Part shown: positions 10,500 to 21,172 of the stretch, one piece after another
How the letters are laid out: every line of letters starts with the position of its first letter
Numbering within the stretch: position 1 is the stretch's first letter
From: Candidatus Latescibacterota bacterium
Lineage (GTDB): Bacteria; Latescibacterota; CBDEFO01
Direction: 5' to 3'
Assembly: GCA_965237525.1 (NCBI GenBank)
Contig: CBDEFO010000008.1
Coordinates: 1,216,001-1,280,000, forward strand
Length of the DNA stretch: 64,000 nucleotides
Translations under genes and position numbers: made by a program
Notes under the pieces: generated by a model
The model's input: the letters and a program-made list of their open reading frames with translations, nothing else
What the model was told of the DNA's origin: nothing
Database searches by the model: none

Positions 10500-12019
10500 A
10501 AGCCTTGTGAAAAACCCTTAGATTCAGAAAGTAGTATAGAACAAGCATTGATAAAGCAGCTCCGATGTATTATATTATGTTATTGATAATATTATACATG
10601 GAGGAAACAATGACCCCACAAAAGCAGGAACAGACAAATCCGGTGTTTCACTATTTTCAGATGGAGGATTTAGTTCCCGAGGATCATATCCTTCGTCAGA
10701 TTGATGAGGCAGTTGATTTTTCATTTGTACGAGACGTTGTATCAGATTGTTATTGCCCTGACAATGGCAGACCCGGTATTGATCCTGAATTAGTTGTTCG
10801 AATGATCCTTATTGGCTATCTGTATAATTTGAGTGAGAATCGGCTCTGTCAGGAAGTGGGGATGCATGCGGCATATCGGTTGTTTTGTCATCAGACATTT
10901 GATGATGCGGTTCCGGATAGGAGTACGATCAACAAGCTTCGCAATCACAAGTGGGCATCCAGTGGGTTGTTTGAACGGATAATGCGTCAGGTAGTCCAGT
11001 GTTGCATAGATGTCGGTCTTGTGAGCGGTAAACACCTTAGTGTCGACGGCACTCAGATACAAGCTGATGCTTCAGTGAAAAGTATTGAGCCGATAGAACC
11101 CCCTGTTTCTCTTGATGATTATCTCAAGGGAATCGGTTTTGAAGGTGATAAGACAAAGGGTAGGTCCGGGCATCCTGCAGGATAAAGACTTTCATGGTGA
11201 AAAGTGGACGAACCAAACACACCGTTCGACTACAGACCCCGACGCGCGCTTATACAGCAAATCGAAGGGCAAAGGGGCTTTTCTCTCGTTTATGGGCCAT
11301 GATCTGATCGACACAAAAAGCAGAGTAATCCTTGAGACTCAGGGCACGCAGGCGACAGGGACAGCAGAGCCCGAAAGTGCCCTTAAGATGGTAGATGACC
11401 TTGAAACATACACCATGCCCAAAGACATTCAGACACTTAGTGCCGATACCGGTTACGGTTCTGGTAATTTTATCGCTGATGTACTTGACCGGGGAATCAT
11501 ACCCCATATTCCTCTGCGAGCCGATGAGAAGATTGAACCGATTCCTACATGGAAAAACAAGACAAATCCAGCACATATTCAGGCCGAACGGGATAGAAAA
11601 GTGCGAGAGGCGAAAGCCAGAAATCATGCACGGTCTATCTCATTAACAGCTGACTACAAACTCTCCCGGAGACTCCGTAAACGCAGTGAACATATCTTTG
11701 CTGAAGCCAGGCAACAACACGGTATGGGACGAGCCCGTTACAGAGGACCAGCCTCACTGAATGAACAGTTGAATCTTGTTGCAACAGTACAGAATCTCAA
11801 GAGGCTTGTATCTTTCATAAGAAGGGGGAAAGCGTCTATGTGTGCCCTGTCTGTCAAAGACAGTGCATCCTGTTCTTCAAACAGCTCCTGTTCCTTGCTG
11901 ACCAGAACTCTGATAAGACTATTTTGCTTATTCCACAGCAAAACGATACGATATGCTACTCTTTGACCCATAATCGGCGCTTCAGACGCTGCCTGGGACA
12001 TAACTATTTCACAAGGCTT
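10500..12019 (+). mobile_element. IS1182-family element, copy 1 (transposase frameshifted)
   Basis: TIR aagccttgtgaaa / tttcacaaggctt; CTAA target duplication at 10496-10499 and 12020-12023; DUF772 plus DDE; extra G at 11177 relative to copy 2. Confidence 0.93.
10565..11966 (+). pseudogene. IS1182 transposase split by a +1 frameshift
   Basis: ORFs 10565-11185 and 11112-11966 together match the intact 466 aa copy at 37998-39398. Confidence 0.92.
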
Positions 12020-13395
12020 CTAATTATTTCAAAGAGATTCTGTAATGCTGATAAGTATTTCTCCAACAACGTCTTCCATGCTTTTTGATAATTATCAATT
12101 GGGTATCCAATACCAAGGAATTTGTACGCTTCCAAGACACCTTCAACATTGTCTCCGTGAACAGGATACCCTTGTCTCATCTTGTTTATGTTTCTGAGTA
12201 TTTTTATGACATAAGTCGCTTCATTTGTTTTACCGATAATAGCTTCCAAGTAGGCTTCTAATAGCGAGATTGATTTGAGCGCTGCATCAGAAGTACCAGT
12301 TGTACTTCTCAAAATATCATTATCAAGATCCCTGATAAGATTCGCAAGTGCGCTCAGCCGATAAGAAAATTCCTCTTGAGAATTCGCCTCACGAAACAAT
12401 TCTGCCAAATATCTTTCTTGATTTATAAGGGTCAGCTTTCCTCCATGCTTTTTACAAAATATACCGTTGATCTTATCTCTAACGGCAATTATCAGAGATG
12501 CAAGTTGACTTTGGGTTTGATCTAGCACCAAAGTTTTCTCAGAGATTTCAACATCGATAATCGCTTGATTTGGATCTGAAATTCTCGAAGGGTTAAATGG
12601 ACATTCAGTTGGATGACTGACGGTATTTAGGCTAAGTTCTTCTATATCTCTTAAAGTTCCGTCTTTCAGCTTATCATCGATATGTCGCTTACCGTATTCA
12701 AATAGAACTTTTACAAGATCTTGTTTACTAAGCCCCCAACAGGATGCCAGTGTTGAACTAATCTTTACATTAACAACATGTTGTTGTGTTTCAGTTTCTT
12801 CTTCAGGGGCTCCTGCAAGAGATGAGTCTACAACTGAAAAGGGGAATTCATACAATGTTGCATCGCTGGTTATCAATACGTGCCGTGGATTACGAAAACT
12901 CACGCTTTTCACTTCTCCTGGTACTGGGGAATAAGTATTACTTTCTGCTTCAAATAAGGCAATCTCCGCATTTAATTTTGCAGTGGCTCTGATCTTATCT
13001 ATCTCGGAATATAGTTCTTTCTCTTGGCTATATAAAACATCTGACAAGGAACATCTATTACACCAGTCAGAAATATTTGGCAAGGCTTCGTTATCAACCA
13101 ATTTCTGCAATAATTCAGCTTGCCTGTTATCTAACCAATCAACGCGGTCACGCCTAACTTCCCGTCTTGAAGCTTTTAATTCCTTAATATCATATTTTAA
13201 CCTTATTTTTGACAACTGTCTTATGCTCTCAATCCACTTTTTGTGGATAGCTGAAATAAAGATACCTGATCTTAGGATTCCTCTTTCGTTATGCTCTCCA
13301 GCTATTGTGTTTACTTTCTCTTTTGTTTCAGTCAATATTGTTTCGTAATCACGTTCAAATATAAGGTCTGCTGGTCGAATATTCTTATCATCCAT
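12004..13395 (-). CDS. AT-rich multidomain hypothetical protein with C-terminal HEPN-like RX5H motif
   Basis: ATG at 13395 with AGGAG RBS; helical C-terminus contains NKMRQGYPVH; last codons supplied by the IS end. Confidence 0.6.
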   Translation of the reverse strand: MDDKNIRPADLIFERDYETILTETKEKVNTIAGEHNERGILRSGIFISAIHKKWIESIRQLSKIRLKYDIKELKASRREVRRDRVDWLDNRQAELLQKLVDNEALPNISDWCNRCSLSDVLYSQEKELYSEIDKIRATAKLNAEIALFEAESNTYSPVPGEVKSVSFRNPRHVLITSDATLYEFPFSVVDSSLAGAPEEETETQQHVVNVKISSTLASCWGLSKQDLVKVLFEYGKRHIDDKLKDGTLRDIEELSLNTVSHPTECPFNPSRISDPNQAIIDVEISEKTLVLDQTQSQLASLIIAVRDKINGIFCKKHGGKLTLINQERYLAELFREANSQEEFSYRLSALANLIRDLDNDILRSTTGTSDAALKSISLLEAYLEAIIGKTNEATYVIKILRNINKMRQGYPVHGDNVEGVLEAYKFLGIGYPIDNYQKAWKTLLEKYLSALQNLFEIIRSLVK

Positions 13396-13758
13396 CGTTC
13401 TTCTCCTGAATTTCGGATTTTTCCTAATTACAAATAACCACAATTATTATGGGTATCCTCCCAATTTAGCAGCATATCCTCATCACTGACGTTCGCAAAA
13501 CATTCACTCCACAGCCTTCTAGCAGTACTCACTTAACAGCCGAAGATAAACCTTGTGCTAGTTAAAACCTCTTCAGAAGGTTTACTTTCCCGTTCTAATT
13601 CACAAGAAGATAGCACTATCTACAGAAGCACTTAACTGCTTAGTATCGTACTTACCAATGGTTTACAAGTAAAAGAAGTCGCTCGTTACGCATTTGGGCG
13701 GAGCACAGCCGTCCTCCGCCTTAAAGTTAGAGTTATACACGTTGTTCATCGAATAGGC

Positions 13759-14055
13759 TCAGCCGCCTGCCTCTTTTTTGAAAAACTCTCCTAACTGCTC
13801 AAGCGATATCACCGGATGAGTCTCCAAACGACAGTGGTCTATAAACGCTGTGCCTAACAATTCGAAAATATCTTCGGCTCCATCTATGTCCATAAGAAAG
13901 AAGCCCGCACGCGCATCTGCGAAAATGCCGCTGGCTGTCACCTTCCCAGAACCTAATATCTTCTCTATCTGCCCGCCAATAGCTTGATGGAGACTCGCTA
14001 TCTCTTCGTCGTCCGTAATCGTATCGAATACCTCGAATCTGATGAAACATTGCAT
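13759..14055 (-). CDS. Small ferredoxin-like-fold protein (DUF3303/muconolactone isomerase-like), possible former gene cassette
   Basis: 98 aa, GIFADARAGFFLMD..ETHPV; flanked by attC-like cores. Confidence 0.5.
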   Translation of the reverse strand: MQCFIRFEVFDTITDDEEIASLHQAIGGQIEKILGSGKVTASGIFADARAGFFLMDIDGAEDIFELLGTAFIDHCRLETHPVISLEQLGEFFKKEAGG

Positions 14056-14237
14056 GATCTTACCCGCTGATTACGTTTAAGATTTAGCACACGATGGCGT
14101 ACAACTCGTTCATATCCATACTATGAGCAAGATAAGCCGTCACTTTGTCAAAGTCAAGTAAATTATCAAAGATAGCAGTGATCTGAATGCTGAAGTTACC
14201 TCTTCGAGGGTCCGGGCAACTCGGTAAAAGAATTGCC

Positions 14238-14266
14238 TTGACATCTCAGAGTTTCCAGCTTAAATT
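14238..14266 (+). promoter_or_regulatory. Sigma70-type promoter
   Basis: TTGACA-17 nt-TAAATT. Confidence 0.6.
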
Positions 14267-14440
14267 TTAAACTCTTCTGCAGTTATGGACGCGTGCTCCA
14301 ACAGAAGGCATGGACACTTTGTGGGTTACTGACACCCGTTTCTACAGGGAGCACAAAGTGACAGCAAGACACGAAGTGAGTGAAGAACTTTTTGAGGAGA
14401 AAGACAATGTCTCTTACACAGGTAGCAGGAGGTTAAACTC

Positions 14441-15193
14441 ATGAAAGTTGTGGTATTTGGCGCTTCCGGATGGACTGGCAGGGCCGTACTGACGAATCTG
14501 GAGGGTAAACACGAGGTCCGTGCACTTGCTCACTCTCGGGCCTCATGGGACATGTGGAAAGAGCAGGACGGCGACTGGGACGGCGATAAGGTAAACGGTG
14601 ATATTGCTGATTTTAACACTGTTCATTCTGCCACAGAGGGAATGGATGCAATCATTCATCTGGCGGTCCGTTACCCTTCGGGGCCGCGTATTGAGGACGA
14701 CCAGCAGCCCTTTCTTGTCAACCTCAAGGGTTTGTGGAACGTGTTTGAATCGGCGCGGCAGCGTGGCATCAATCGCATCGCACACGTTGGGTCATGCCAG
14801 ACGGTGCATCCCAAGGGCATCTTTTTTACCTCTGAGGTGAGGAGGCCAGATGCAAGTCTGTATGCTGTCACCAAACGGCTGCAGGAGGAGATGTGCCGCC
14901 AGTTTCATGAAGCCCACGGCATGCGCATTATCGTGCTGAGGCCGGATTACATCGTGGACAGCCGATTGGGAATCGGGACGGGCAAGGAGAACATACAGGG
15001 ATCTTACAGAAACGGACTGGTCTGCCGACACGACCTTGCAGAGGCCTGCCGCTTGGCGATAGAATCGGAGACGATAGACTTCGATATCTTTCATATTGTG
15101 GGGACACCTGAGGCCGACGATACCTGTAATGTAGCGCGATCGCGTGACGTGTTGGGACTGACATACAAGGGAAATCTGGAGCAGTACCGCTGA
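14441..15193 (+). CDS. NAD-dependent epimerase/dehydratase (uronate dehydrogenase-like)
   Basis: GASGWTG Rossmann motif, YAVTK catalytic motif. Confidence 0.85.
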   Translation: MKVVVFGASGWTGRAVLTNLEGKHEVRALAHSRASWDMWKEQDGDWDGDKVNGDIADFNTVHSATEGMDAIIHLAVRYPSGPRIEDDQQPFLVNLKGLWNVFESARQRGINRIAHVGSCQTVHPKGIFFTSEVRRPDASLYAVTKRLQEEMCRQFHEAHGMRIIVLRPDYIVDSRLGIGTGKENIQGSYRNGLVCRHDLAEACRLAIESETIDFDIFHIVGTPEADDTCNVARSRDVLGLTYKGNLEQYR

Positions 15194-15548
15194 AATATCT
15201 GTCTCTCTTCTTTTCTTCAAAAGGCCTCGAACAAGGCAGAAAATTTTCCTGGACTGTTCCAGCTTGTCAATATATACTGTAGGCTTAACGATGCGAGGGA
15301 TTCCATTTTGAACATGCTACTTGCACACGATAAGGAATAGTATCTGATAGTGATTCTTAGAGCTTCCGTCAAGATTTTTCAATGTTAATACGATCTGGAC
15401 GCTCTTCACTTGGTCTTTGATCGGGGTATCGTATGCAAGAATGTTAAGAAACTATTGAAGTAGGTCTGAACTTTGGTGCAGTTGTTGGCTAGCTCTTATA
15501 ATTAGTGAGAATATTGATAGACTAACCATCAAGGATTGAAACGAAACC

Positions 15549-16460
15549 ATGTGTGGCATAGTCGGCTTTTGGGACAAGACTGAAAATGAGCAGGCTTCGC
15601 TGGGGCAGACTATCCTCAGGATGCTGGATGCCCTGGGATGTCGAGGTCCTGATTCGGCGGGCGTGGCCCTTTACGGCAGCCGTCATAACGGTGACTTTGT
15701 GCTACGGGTCAAGCTTGGAGAAAACGTCCCCTTTGATGAGCAGACTCAAATAATCTCCCAACGACTTAGCTCGCTCGGTGAACTAAAAGAGAACTCTACA
15801 ACTGCTGAGTATCTCCGGCTTGTCATGGACTACCGAGGTGACCTGCATAAGTTGGAGCGACTCATCCAAACTGTGGATGACGACATCGAAGTTGTGAGCA
15901 TAGGACGCAAACTTGAAATCGTCAAGCAGGTCGGCAGCCCACAGAACCTGGATGCTGCCTACGGTATCTCGAAGTTCGTCGGGGCACACGGCATTGGACA
16001 CACGAGGCTTTCCACTGAATCTGTTGTGGATTTGAGCCACTCACAGCCATTTTGGGCGCACGGCTATCCTGACCTATCTGTCGTCCACAATGGACACATC
16101 ACCAACTACCACAAAATGCGCCGACTATACGAACAACAGGGCGTAAGATTCTGGACCGAGAACGACTCCGAAATTATCGGAGTCTATCTTGCCGAACGAC
16201 TATCACAGGGGATGACACTTGAAGAAGCCTTGACAGCCTCAGTAAGGGACCTCGACGGTTCATTCAGCTACCTTGCGGCAACCTCTGATGCCTTAGGATT
16301 TGCCAAAGATCCCTTCGCTTTCAAACCACTGCTCTTTACCCAAACAGAGGCATTTGTGGCTGTTGCCACCGAGGAGATTGCGATTCGCTCTGCCTTAAAG
16401 GGATCATACGAGGTGCGCGAGGCGCAGGCGAAGGAAGTTCAAGTATGGGAGATCAAGTAG
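15549..16460 (+). CDS. mgsA: N-methylglutamate synthase subunit A (class II glutamine amidotransferase)
   Basis: MCGIVG, RGPDSAG, GHTRLSTES and HNG motifs; operon context. Confidence 0.85.
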   Translation: MCGIVGFWDKTENEQASLGQTILRMLDALGCRGPDSAGVALYGSRHNGDFVLRVKLGENVPFDEQTQIISQRLSSLGELKENSTTAEYLRLVMDYRGDLHKLERLIQTVDDDIEVVSIGRKLEIVKQVGSPQNLDAAYGISKFVGAHGIGHTRLSTESVVDLSHSQPFWAHGYPDLSVVHNGHITNYHKMRRLYEQQGVRFWTENDSEIIGVYLAERLSQGMTLEEALTASVRDLDGSFSYLAATSDALGFAKDPFAFKPLLFTQTEAFVAVATEEIAIRSALKGSYEVREAQAKEVQVWEIK

Positions 16461-16485
16461 ACAGGGAAAGGCAACGGCTAAGACT

Positions 16486-16570
16486 GTAGGGGCAGACCCA
16501 TGTGTCTGCCCTGAAAATAATGTAGGGGCTAGGCCTGTCCCCGAACGGTCCTATCGGGGATCCCTCGCCC
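16486..16570 (+). repeat. GTAG-type REP doublet with palindromic micro-element in the second hairpin
   Basis: gtaggggcagacccatgtgtctgccc..gtaggggctagg..cctcgccc; nearly the same doublet occurs inverted at 30591-30652. Confidence 0.8.
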
Positions 16571-16592
16571 AGCAGACAGGAAAAGATAAAGA

Positions 16593-17300
16593 ATGGCAGA
16601 CATAATCGCAGACATAATCTGCGACGGCAAAACTACCCGCGACATCAACTGCGAGATCAAAGGCCTAATTGCGAGGGGCCAAACCGACATCCTTGTGAAG
16701 AACCCCGGCAGTCGGCACAACCTGGGCGTGGCAATATTAGAGAAAGTCAAGATCACGTTTGGTGGCAGCGTCGGCTACTACTGCGCCGGGATGATTAACG
16801 GCCCCTGCGTCGAGATCAACGGCAGTGCTGGCTGGGGCACGGCCGAGTCTATGATGAATGGAGAAGTTATAGTCCAAGGCAGCGTGGGCAATGGAGCTGC
16901 CGCTTCTATTCGCGGTGGGACAGTTGTCGTCCACGGCGATGCAGCGGCCAGGGCAGGCGTTTCGATGAAAGGTGGAATAGTTCTTATTTCTGGCAACTGT
17001 GGCTACATGGCGGGTTTCATGGCGCAGAAGGGGACATTGATTGTCTGTGGCGATGCAGGTGAGGCCTTTGCTGACTCGATGTATGAAGCCGTCTGCTTTG
17101 TCGGCGGAAATATCGTTGAGCTTGGCAACGACGCTGTTGTTGAAAAACCGACCGCGGAGGACAAGGCATTCCTTGAATCCACACAATCGGCTTATCTTCC
17201 GACGAAACCTGCGAATCAAGATTTCAAAAAGGTCGTCTCCGGGCGTAAGCTGTGGAACTTCGATAAACGAGAGTGGGAGACTTGGCAGGAGGCTCTTTAG
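16593..17300 (+). CDS. mgsB: N-methylglutamate synthase subunit B (GXGXG domain)
   Basis: GSVGYYCAGM, GXGXG repeats, AGEAFADSMYEA, RKLWNF. Confidence 0.87.
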   Translation: MADIIADIICDGKTTRDINCEIKGLIARGQTDILVKNPGSRHNLGVAILEKVKITFGGSVGYYCAGMINGPCVEINGSAGWGTAESMMNGEVIVQGSVGNGAAASIRGGTVVVHGDAAARAGVSMKGGIVLISGNCGYMAGFMAQKGTLIVCGDAGEAFADSMYEAVCFVGGNIVELGNDAVVEKPTAEDKAFLESTQSAYLPTKPANQDFKKVVSGRKLWNFDKREWETWQEAL

Positions 17301-17435
17301 CAGGAGGCTCTTCAAAAGAGCGAATAGGCACAGACTGGTGTGTCTGCCTTGAAAATAGTGTAGAGGCTAGGCAACCCAACGCTTGGGCGAGGCGACCTCG
17401 CCCCTGAACATTGAGGGAAAATAGGAAAAATCACA

Positions 17436-18788
17436 ATGTCTGAGGATATAATCCGTAACGGTCAAACCCTCCGTCAGAGTGCGACGTTCACCGCCGAAGT
17501 CGTCGAGGATATCCAGACGAAGGCACAGTTGGGACGATACCGTATTCGTGGGTTCGGGACTCTTAAGGAGCGGCGCTGGGCGACATTTGATGATCTGACG
17601 TTTATCCCCTGCACCCTGACGCGCATCCCTCTTGAGGGCTACCGTGAACGGTGCTCAACAAGAACCGTGTTGGGCACGCGATTTGCCGAAAAGCCGATTG
17701 AACTGGATCTTCCGATCATGATTACGGGAATGAGTTGGGGAGCGCTCTCCTACAACGCCAAAGTCGCACTTGCAAAGGGCGCAAGAATGGTCGGTTCGTC
17801 GAATACGACGGGCGACGGCGGGATGCTGATGGCAGAGCGCAAGCACAGCAACGTGCTCGTCTATGAGGTGCTGCCGTCCAGATATGGTATAGACGTCCAT
17901 CACTTGAAGATGGCAGACGGCATTGAGTTGACGATCGGACAGGGGGCAAAGCCGGGTACTGGCGGGCTGCTACTGAATTTGAAGGTCTCAGACGAGATTG
18001 CCCAGCAGCGTGACCTGCCCATCGGCGTAGACCAGCGCAGCCCAGCGCGGCATCCGGACTTCTTGGGTCCAGACGACATGGTTATCAAAATTGAGGAACT
18101 TCGCGAAGCCACCGACTGGCAGGTGCCAATTTTCGTTAAGATGGGTGCATCACGCACCTTTGACGACGTTAGATTGGCGGCAAAGGCCGGCGCGGATGTC
18201 ATCGTCGTGGACGGCATGGAGGGCGGCACAGCAGCTTCGCCTGAGATCTGTCAAGAACATACGGGCATCCCCACCCTATCTGCTGTGTGTGAGGCTCGAG
18301 CGGCGCTCGAAGATCTGGGACTATATGGAGAGGTACAACTGATCATCGCAGGCGGCATCCGAAACGGCGTGGACGTTGCAAAGGCTTTAGCCCTGGGGGC
18401 CGACGCTGTCTATATCGGCACAGCGGCCCTGATTGCGCTCAACTGCAACAAACCGCTTTACGTCGAGGACTACCAAAAACTCGGAACCGAACCCTATCAT
18501 TGTCACCACTGCCACACGGGACTCTGTCCTGTCGGAATCACAACGCAGGACCCCGATCTGATGCAGCGCCTAGACATCGACGAAGGTGCGGAGCGCACCG
18601 CCAATCTCTTGAGGGCGATGACTTCGGAGATTCAGTTACTCGCCCGAGCCTGCGGCAAGGCCGACGTGCACAACCTCGACCCTGAAGACATGCGCGCCCT
18701 GACCCTTGAGGCGTCTATGATCTGCGGTATCCCGCTTGCCGGGACAAACAGGGTCTTCGGAGGAGGTCCAGGCTGGGTGAAAAAGTAG
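17436..18788 (+). CDS. mgsC: N-methylglutamate synthase subunit C (FMN-binding glutamate synthase family)
   Basis: GQGAKPG, DQRSPARHPD and CHHCHTGLCPVGITTQDP motifs. Confidence 0.88.
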   Translation: MSEDIIRNGQTLRQSATFTAEVVEDIQTKAQLGRYRIRGFGTLKERRWATFDDLTFIPCTLTRIPLEGYRERCSTRTVLGTRFAEKPIELDLPIMITGMSWGALSYNAKVALAKGARMVGSSNTTGDGGMLMAERKHSNVLVYEVLPSRYGIDVHHLKMADGIELTIGQGAKPGTGGLLLNLKVSDEIAQQRDLPIGVDQRSPARHPDFLGPDDMVIKIEELREATDWQVPIFVKMGASRTFDDVRLAAKAGADVIVVDGMEGGTAASPEICQEHTGIPTLSAVCEARAALEDLGLYGEVQLIIAGGIRNGVDVAKALALGADAVYIGTAALIALNCNKPLYVEDYQKLGTEPYHCHHCHTGLCPVGITTQDPDLMQRLDIDEGAERTANLLRAMTSEIQLLARACGKADVHNLDPEDMRALTLEASMICGIPLAGTNRVFGGGPGWVKK

Positions 18789-18799
18789 ATAACGACCCG

Positions 18800-19501
18800 G
18801 TGACGGCGTCACGCAGAATCGGGACACTGAACGAGAAGCCGCTTCACGCCGCTTTGAAGGAGTGGTACTCCCGACCTTGCGATCGGTTTGAGGTAGTCGT
18901 GGACGGCTTCATCGTCGACCTGGTTCGAGGTAATCTCTTGGTGGAGATTCAGAGTCGTAACTTTTCAGTCATTAAGCGGAAATTGACAACCCTTGCGGCT
19001 TGCCATTACGTTCGCTTAATCTACCCGATAGCACAGGAAAAGTGGATCGTCAAGGTGTCAGAAGACGCCGGGCACTATCTGCGACGAAGAAAGTCACCGA
19101 AACGTGGCAGCGTTATCCAGGTCTTTGGGGAGCTCGTCAGCTTTCCCGAGTTGCTCTCTAATTCCAACTTTTCTATAGACGTAATCTTCATCCAAGAAGA
19201 GGAGTTGCGGCGACACGAAAGAGGCAGAGCCTGGAGAAGGAACGGCTGGGTAACGCACGAGCGCAGACTCATTCGGGTGCTGGGTCGGCGTCTGTTCGAA
19301 ACACCGTCTGACTTCGGGGACCTCATCCCATCCGATCTGTCTGACACCTTCACCACATTAGAGCTCGCAGAGGCCTTGGCCACAGCTAAGTCGATGGCTC
19401 AGAAAATGGCCTATTGTTTGCGCAAAATGGGCGCTATAGAACCGGTGGGAAAGAGCGGAAATGCTGTTTCGTATGTGAGGTCGCGTTTGAGTAGGGAATA
19501 G
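18800..19501 (+). CDS. Conserved hypothetical protein with PD-(D/E)XK-like motif and C-terminal HTH-like end
   Basis: EKPLHAALKEWY..FIVDLV..VEIQS. Confidence 0.55.
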   Translation: MTASRRIGTLNEKPLHAALKEWYSRPCDRFEVVVDGFIVDLVRGNLLVEIQSRNFSVIKRKLTTLAACHYVRLIYPIAQEKWIVKVSEDAGHYLRRRKSPKRGSVIQVFGELVSFPELLSNSNFSIDVIFIQEEELRRHERGRAWRRNGWVTHERRLIRVLGRRLFETPSDFGDLIPSDLSDTFTTLELAEALATAKSMAQKMAYCLRKMGAIEPVGKSGNAVSYVRSRLSRE

Positions 19502-19516
19502 ACCCCCTCTGCATGA

Positions 19517-19780
19517 TTGGGATTGAGCCGAGAGGGCCATCTCAGGCGAAGCCCCTGGATCAAAGAGAAGGAGGAGAAGGTCTTGGTGGGGATATCGCCA
19601 TATTCGATAGTTGCCCTAATTGTGGCATTTATGGGTTTTGCCCTTGTATTGAAGTGGCTCGTTAATTTTGTCGGCTGCCTCTGCCAATTTTGTGGCAACT
19701 TGAAATTGACTCCACTCCGAAAGCTCTCATCGGAAGACCGGCAGGCAGTCCTGAGCTATTTTCTCGATTATGAGCGCTGA
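19517..19780 (+). pseudogene. Small membrane/Cys-containing ORF, probably truncated
   Basis: TM segment and CQFC; a second CMKC lies just beyond the stop. Confidence 0.35.
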
Positions 19781-19921
19781 ACTCGCAGGCACCGGGGAAT
19801 TCTAGTTTGTATGAAATGCAATACTGTCTTCCATGGATATCCTCAGGGACTTCAGCGGCGAGAAGAAGTCAATAAACGTTGGCCGCAATTGCAATTTTTC
19901 ACATAAGGCATTCAGATCAAT

Positions 19922-20359
19922 ATGTTCACAATCGGAGTATTCGGAATCATCACAGACAATGAAGGGCGTGTTTTGCTTTGTCATCGGCGTGACCATGATC
20001 TGTGGAATTTGCCCGGAGGAGCTGTTGAGGCAGGCGAAAGCCCGTGGGATGCTCTTGTCCGAGAAATCGAAGAAGAAACAGGTTTGCGAACAAAGCCAGT
20101 TTATCTTACGGGCGTTTACAGCAAGCCAGATAAGGACGAGATCGTGCTGTCTTTCGCCTGCCAGATCACAGATGGTAAAAATACTCTAACTGATGAAACA
20201 GACAAGATTGAGTATTTTCAGGTCGGGCAAATTCCAAAGAATACTTCACCAAAGCAAGTCGAGCGGATAAAAGAGTATTTTGCCGACAAAAGCAAAACGC
20301 ACTACAGGATACAGACGGGTGCGTCATCTATTGATTTGATTAAAGAAGGAAAAATGTGA
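19922..20359 (+). CDS. NUDIX hydrolase
   Basis: Nudix box [23 protein letters not shown]. Confidence 0.93.
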   Translation: MFTIGVFGIITDNEGRVLLCHRRDHDLWNLPGGAVEAGESPWDALVREIEEETGLRTKPVYLTGVYSKPDKDEIVLSFACQITDGKNTLTDETDKIEYFQVGQIPKNTSPKQVERIKEYFADKSKTHYRIQTGASSIDLIKEGKM

Positions 20360-21172
20360 AAAATTGGAACTCTCGCCCGCCCTTCGGGATGTTGCACTCA
20401 GGCTCGGCCTGCGGCGCGCCTAACAACGCGACGCGAACGTTATGTGCAATGCCATTTTTCTGTAATTCGAAAGACTGAAGGGGGCAAAGACGACATCTTC
20501 CCCTACTCTCAGCCGGGCGATAATATGCTATAGACGTATTGCATAATAGTAGAGAGATTTCTTATAAGCCAAAAGAAATCAAAAGCTTGAAGCACAATAT
20601 TGGACTATTTTGAAATCTCTCCTAAGCTCTTGTTTTACAATCCCTTTTCAAAACGCATTCATATTGTACAATAGATCTAATGGATATCGATATGGGGGGG
20701 GCTTATAGCAAGCTGCAGGACCTGGTGTAAGATATGCAACTGTTTGATACTCGGTTGCGATCCCGAAAATAAGAATATCGTCTGTCGAAATTGTGACACG
20801 AAATACTCATGGGAAGTGTATAAGGAATCCGGATTTCGGTTCCTGATACCGGCAAAAGATGTTAAACTTCTGGAAAAATGTAGTGATGTCTCTGGAGCCG
20901 GATGAATGCGAGCCAGAAAGTGCGATTAATACCACTACAAACAGTAGTTAGAGAGACACATCTTCCTCAAAATTGTCATTGCGAGCGCCCCCGATTGAAC
21001 CCCCGATTAACTCTATCGGGGGGCGGGGGGAAGCAATCTCGCTTTTGTCATTGAGAAGATTTTGCAGGAATGAGATAGCAGGAGCACCTCCTTATTCAGG
21101 CGGTATCCCCGTTCACACCGCTTATGCGTGGCCGTTATGTGTAATGAAAACTCACTAAAGAAATCATTCACG

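Noticed and set aside
11160..11190. Programmed frameshift in the IS transposase
   Set aside because: Copy 2 encodes the protein in one frame; copy 1 simply has an extra G and no slippery motif.
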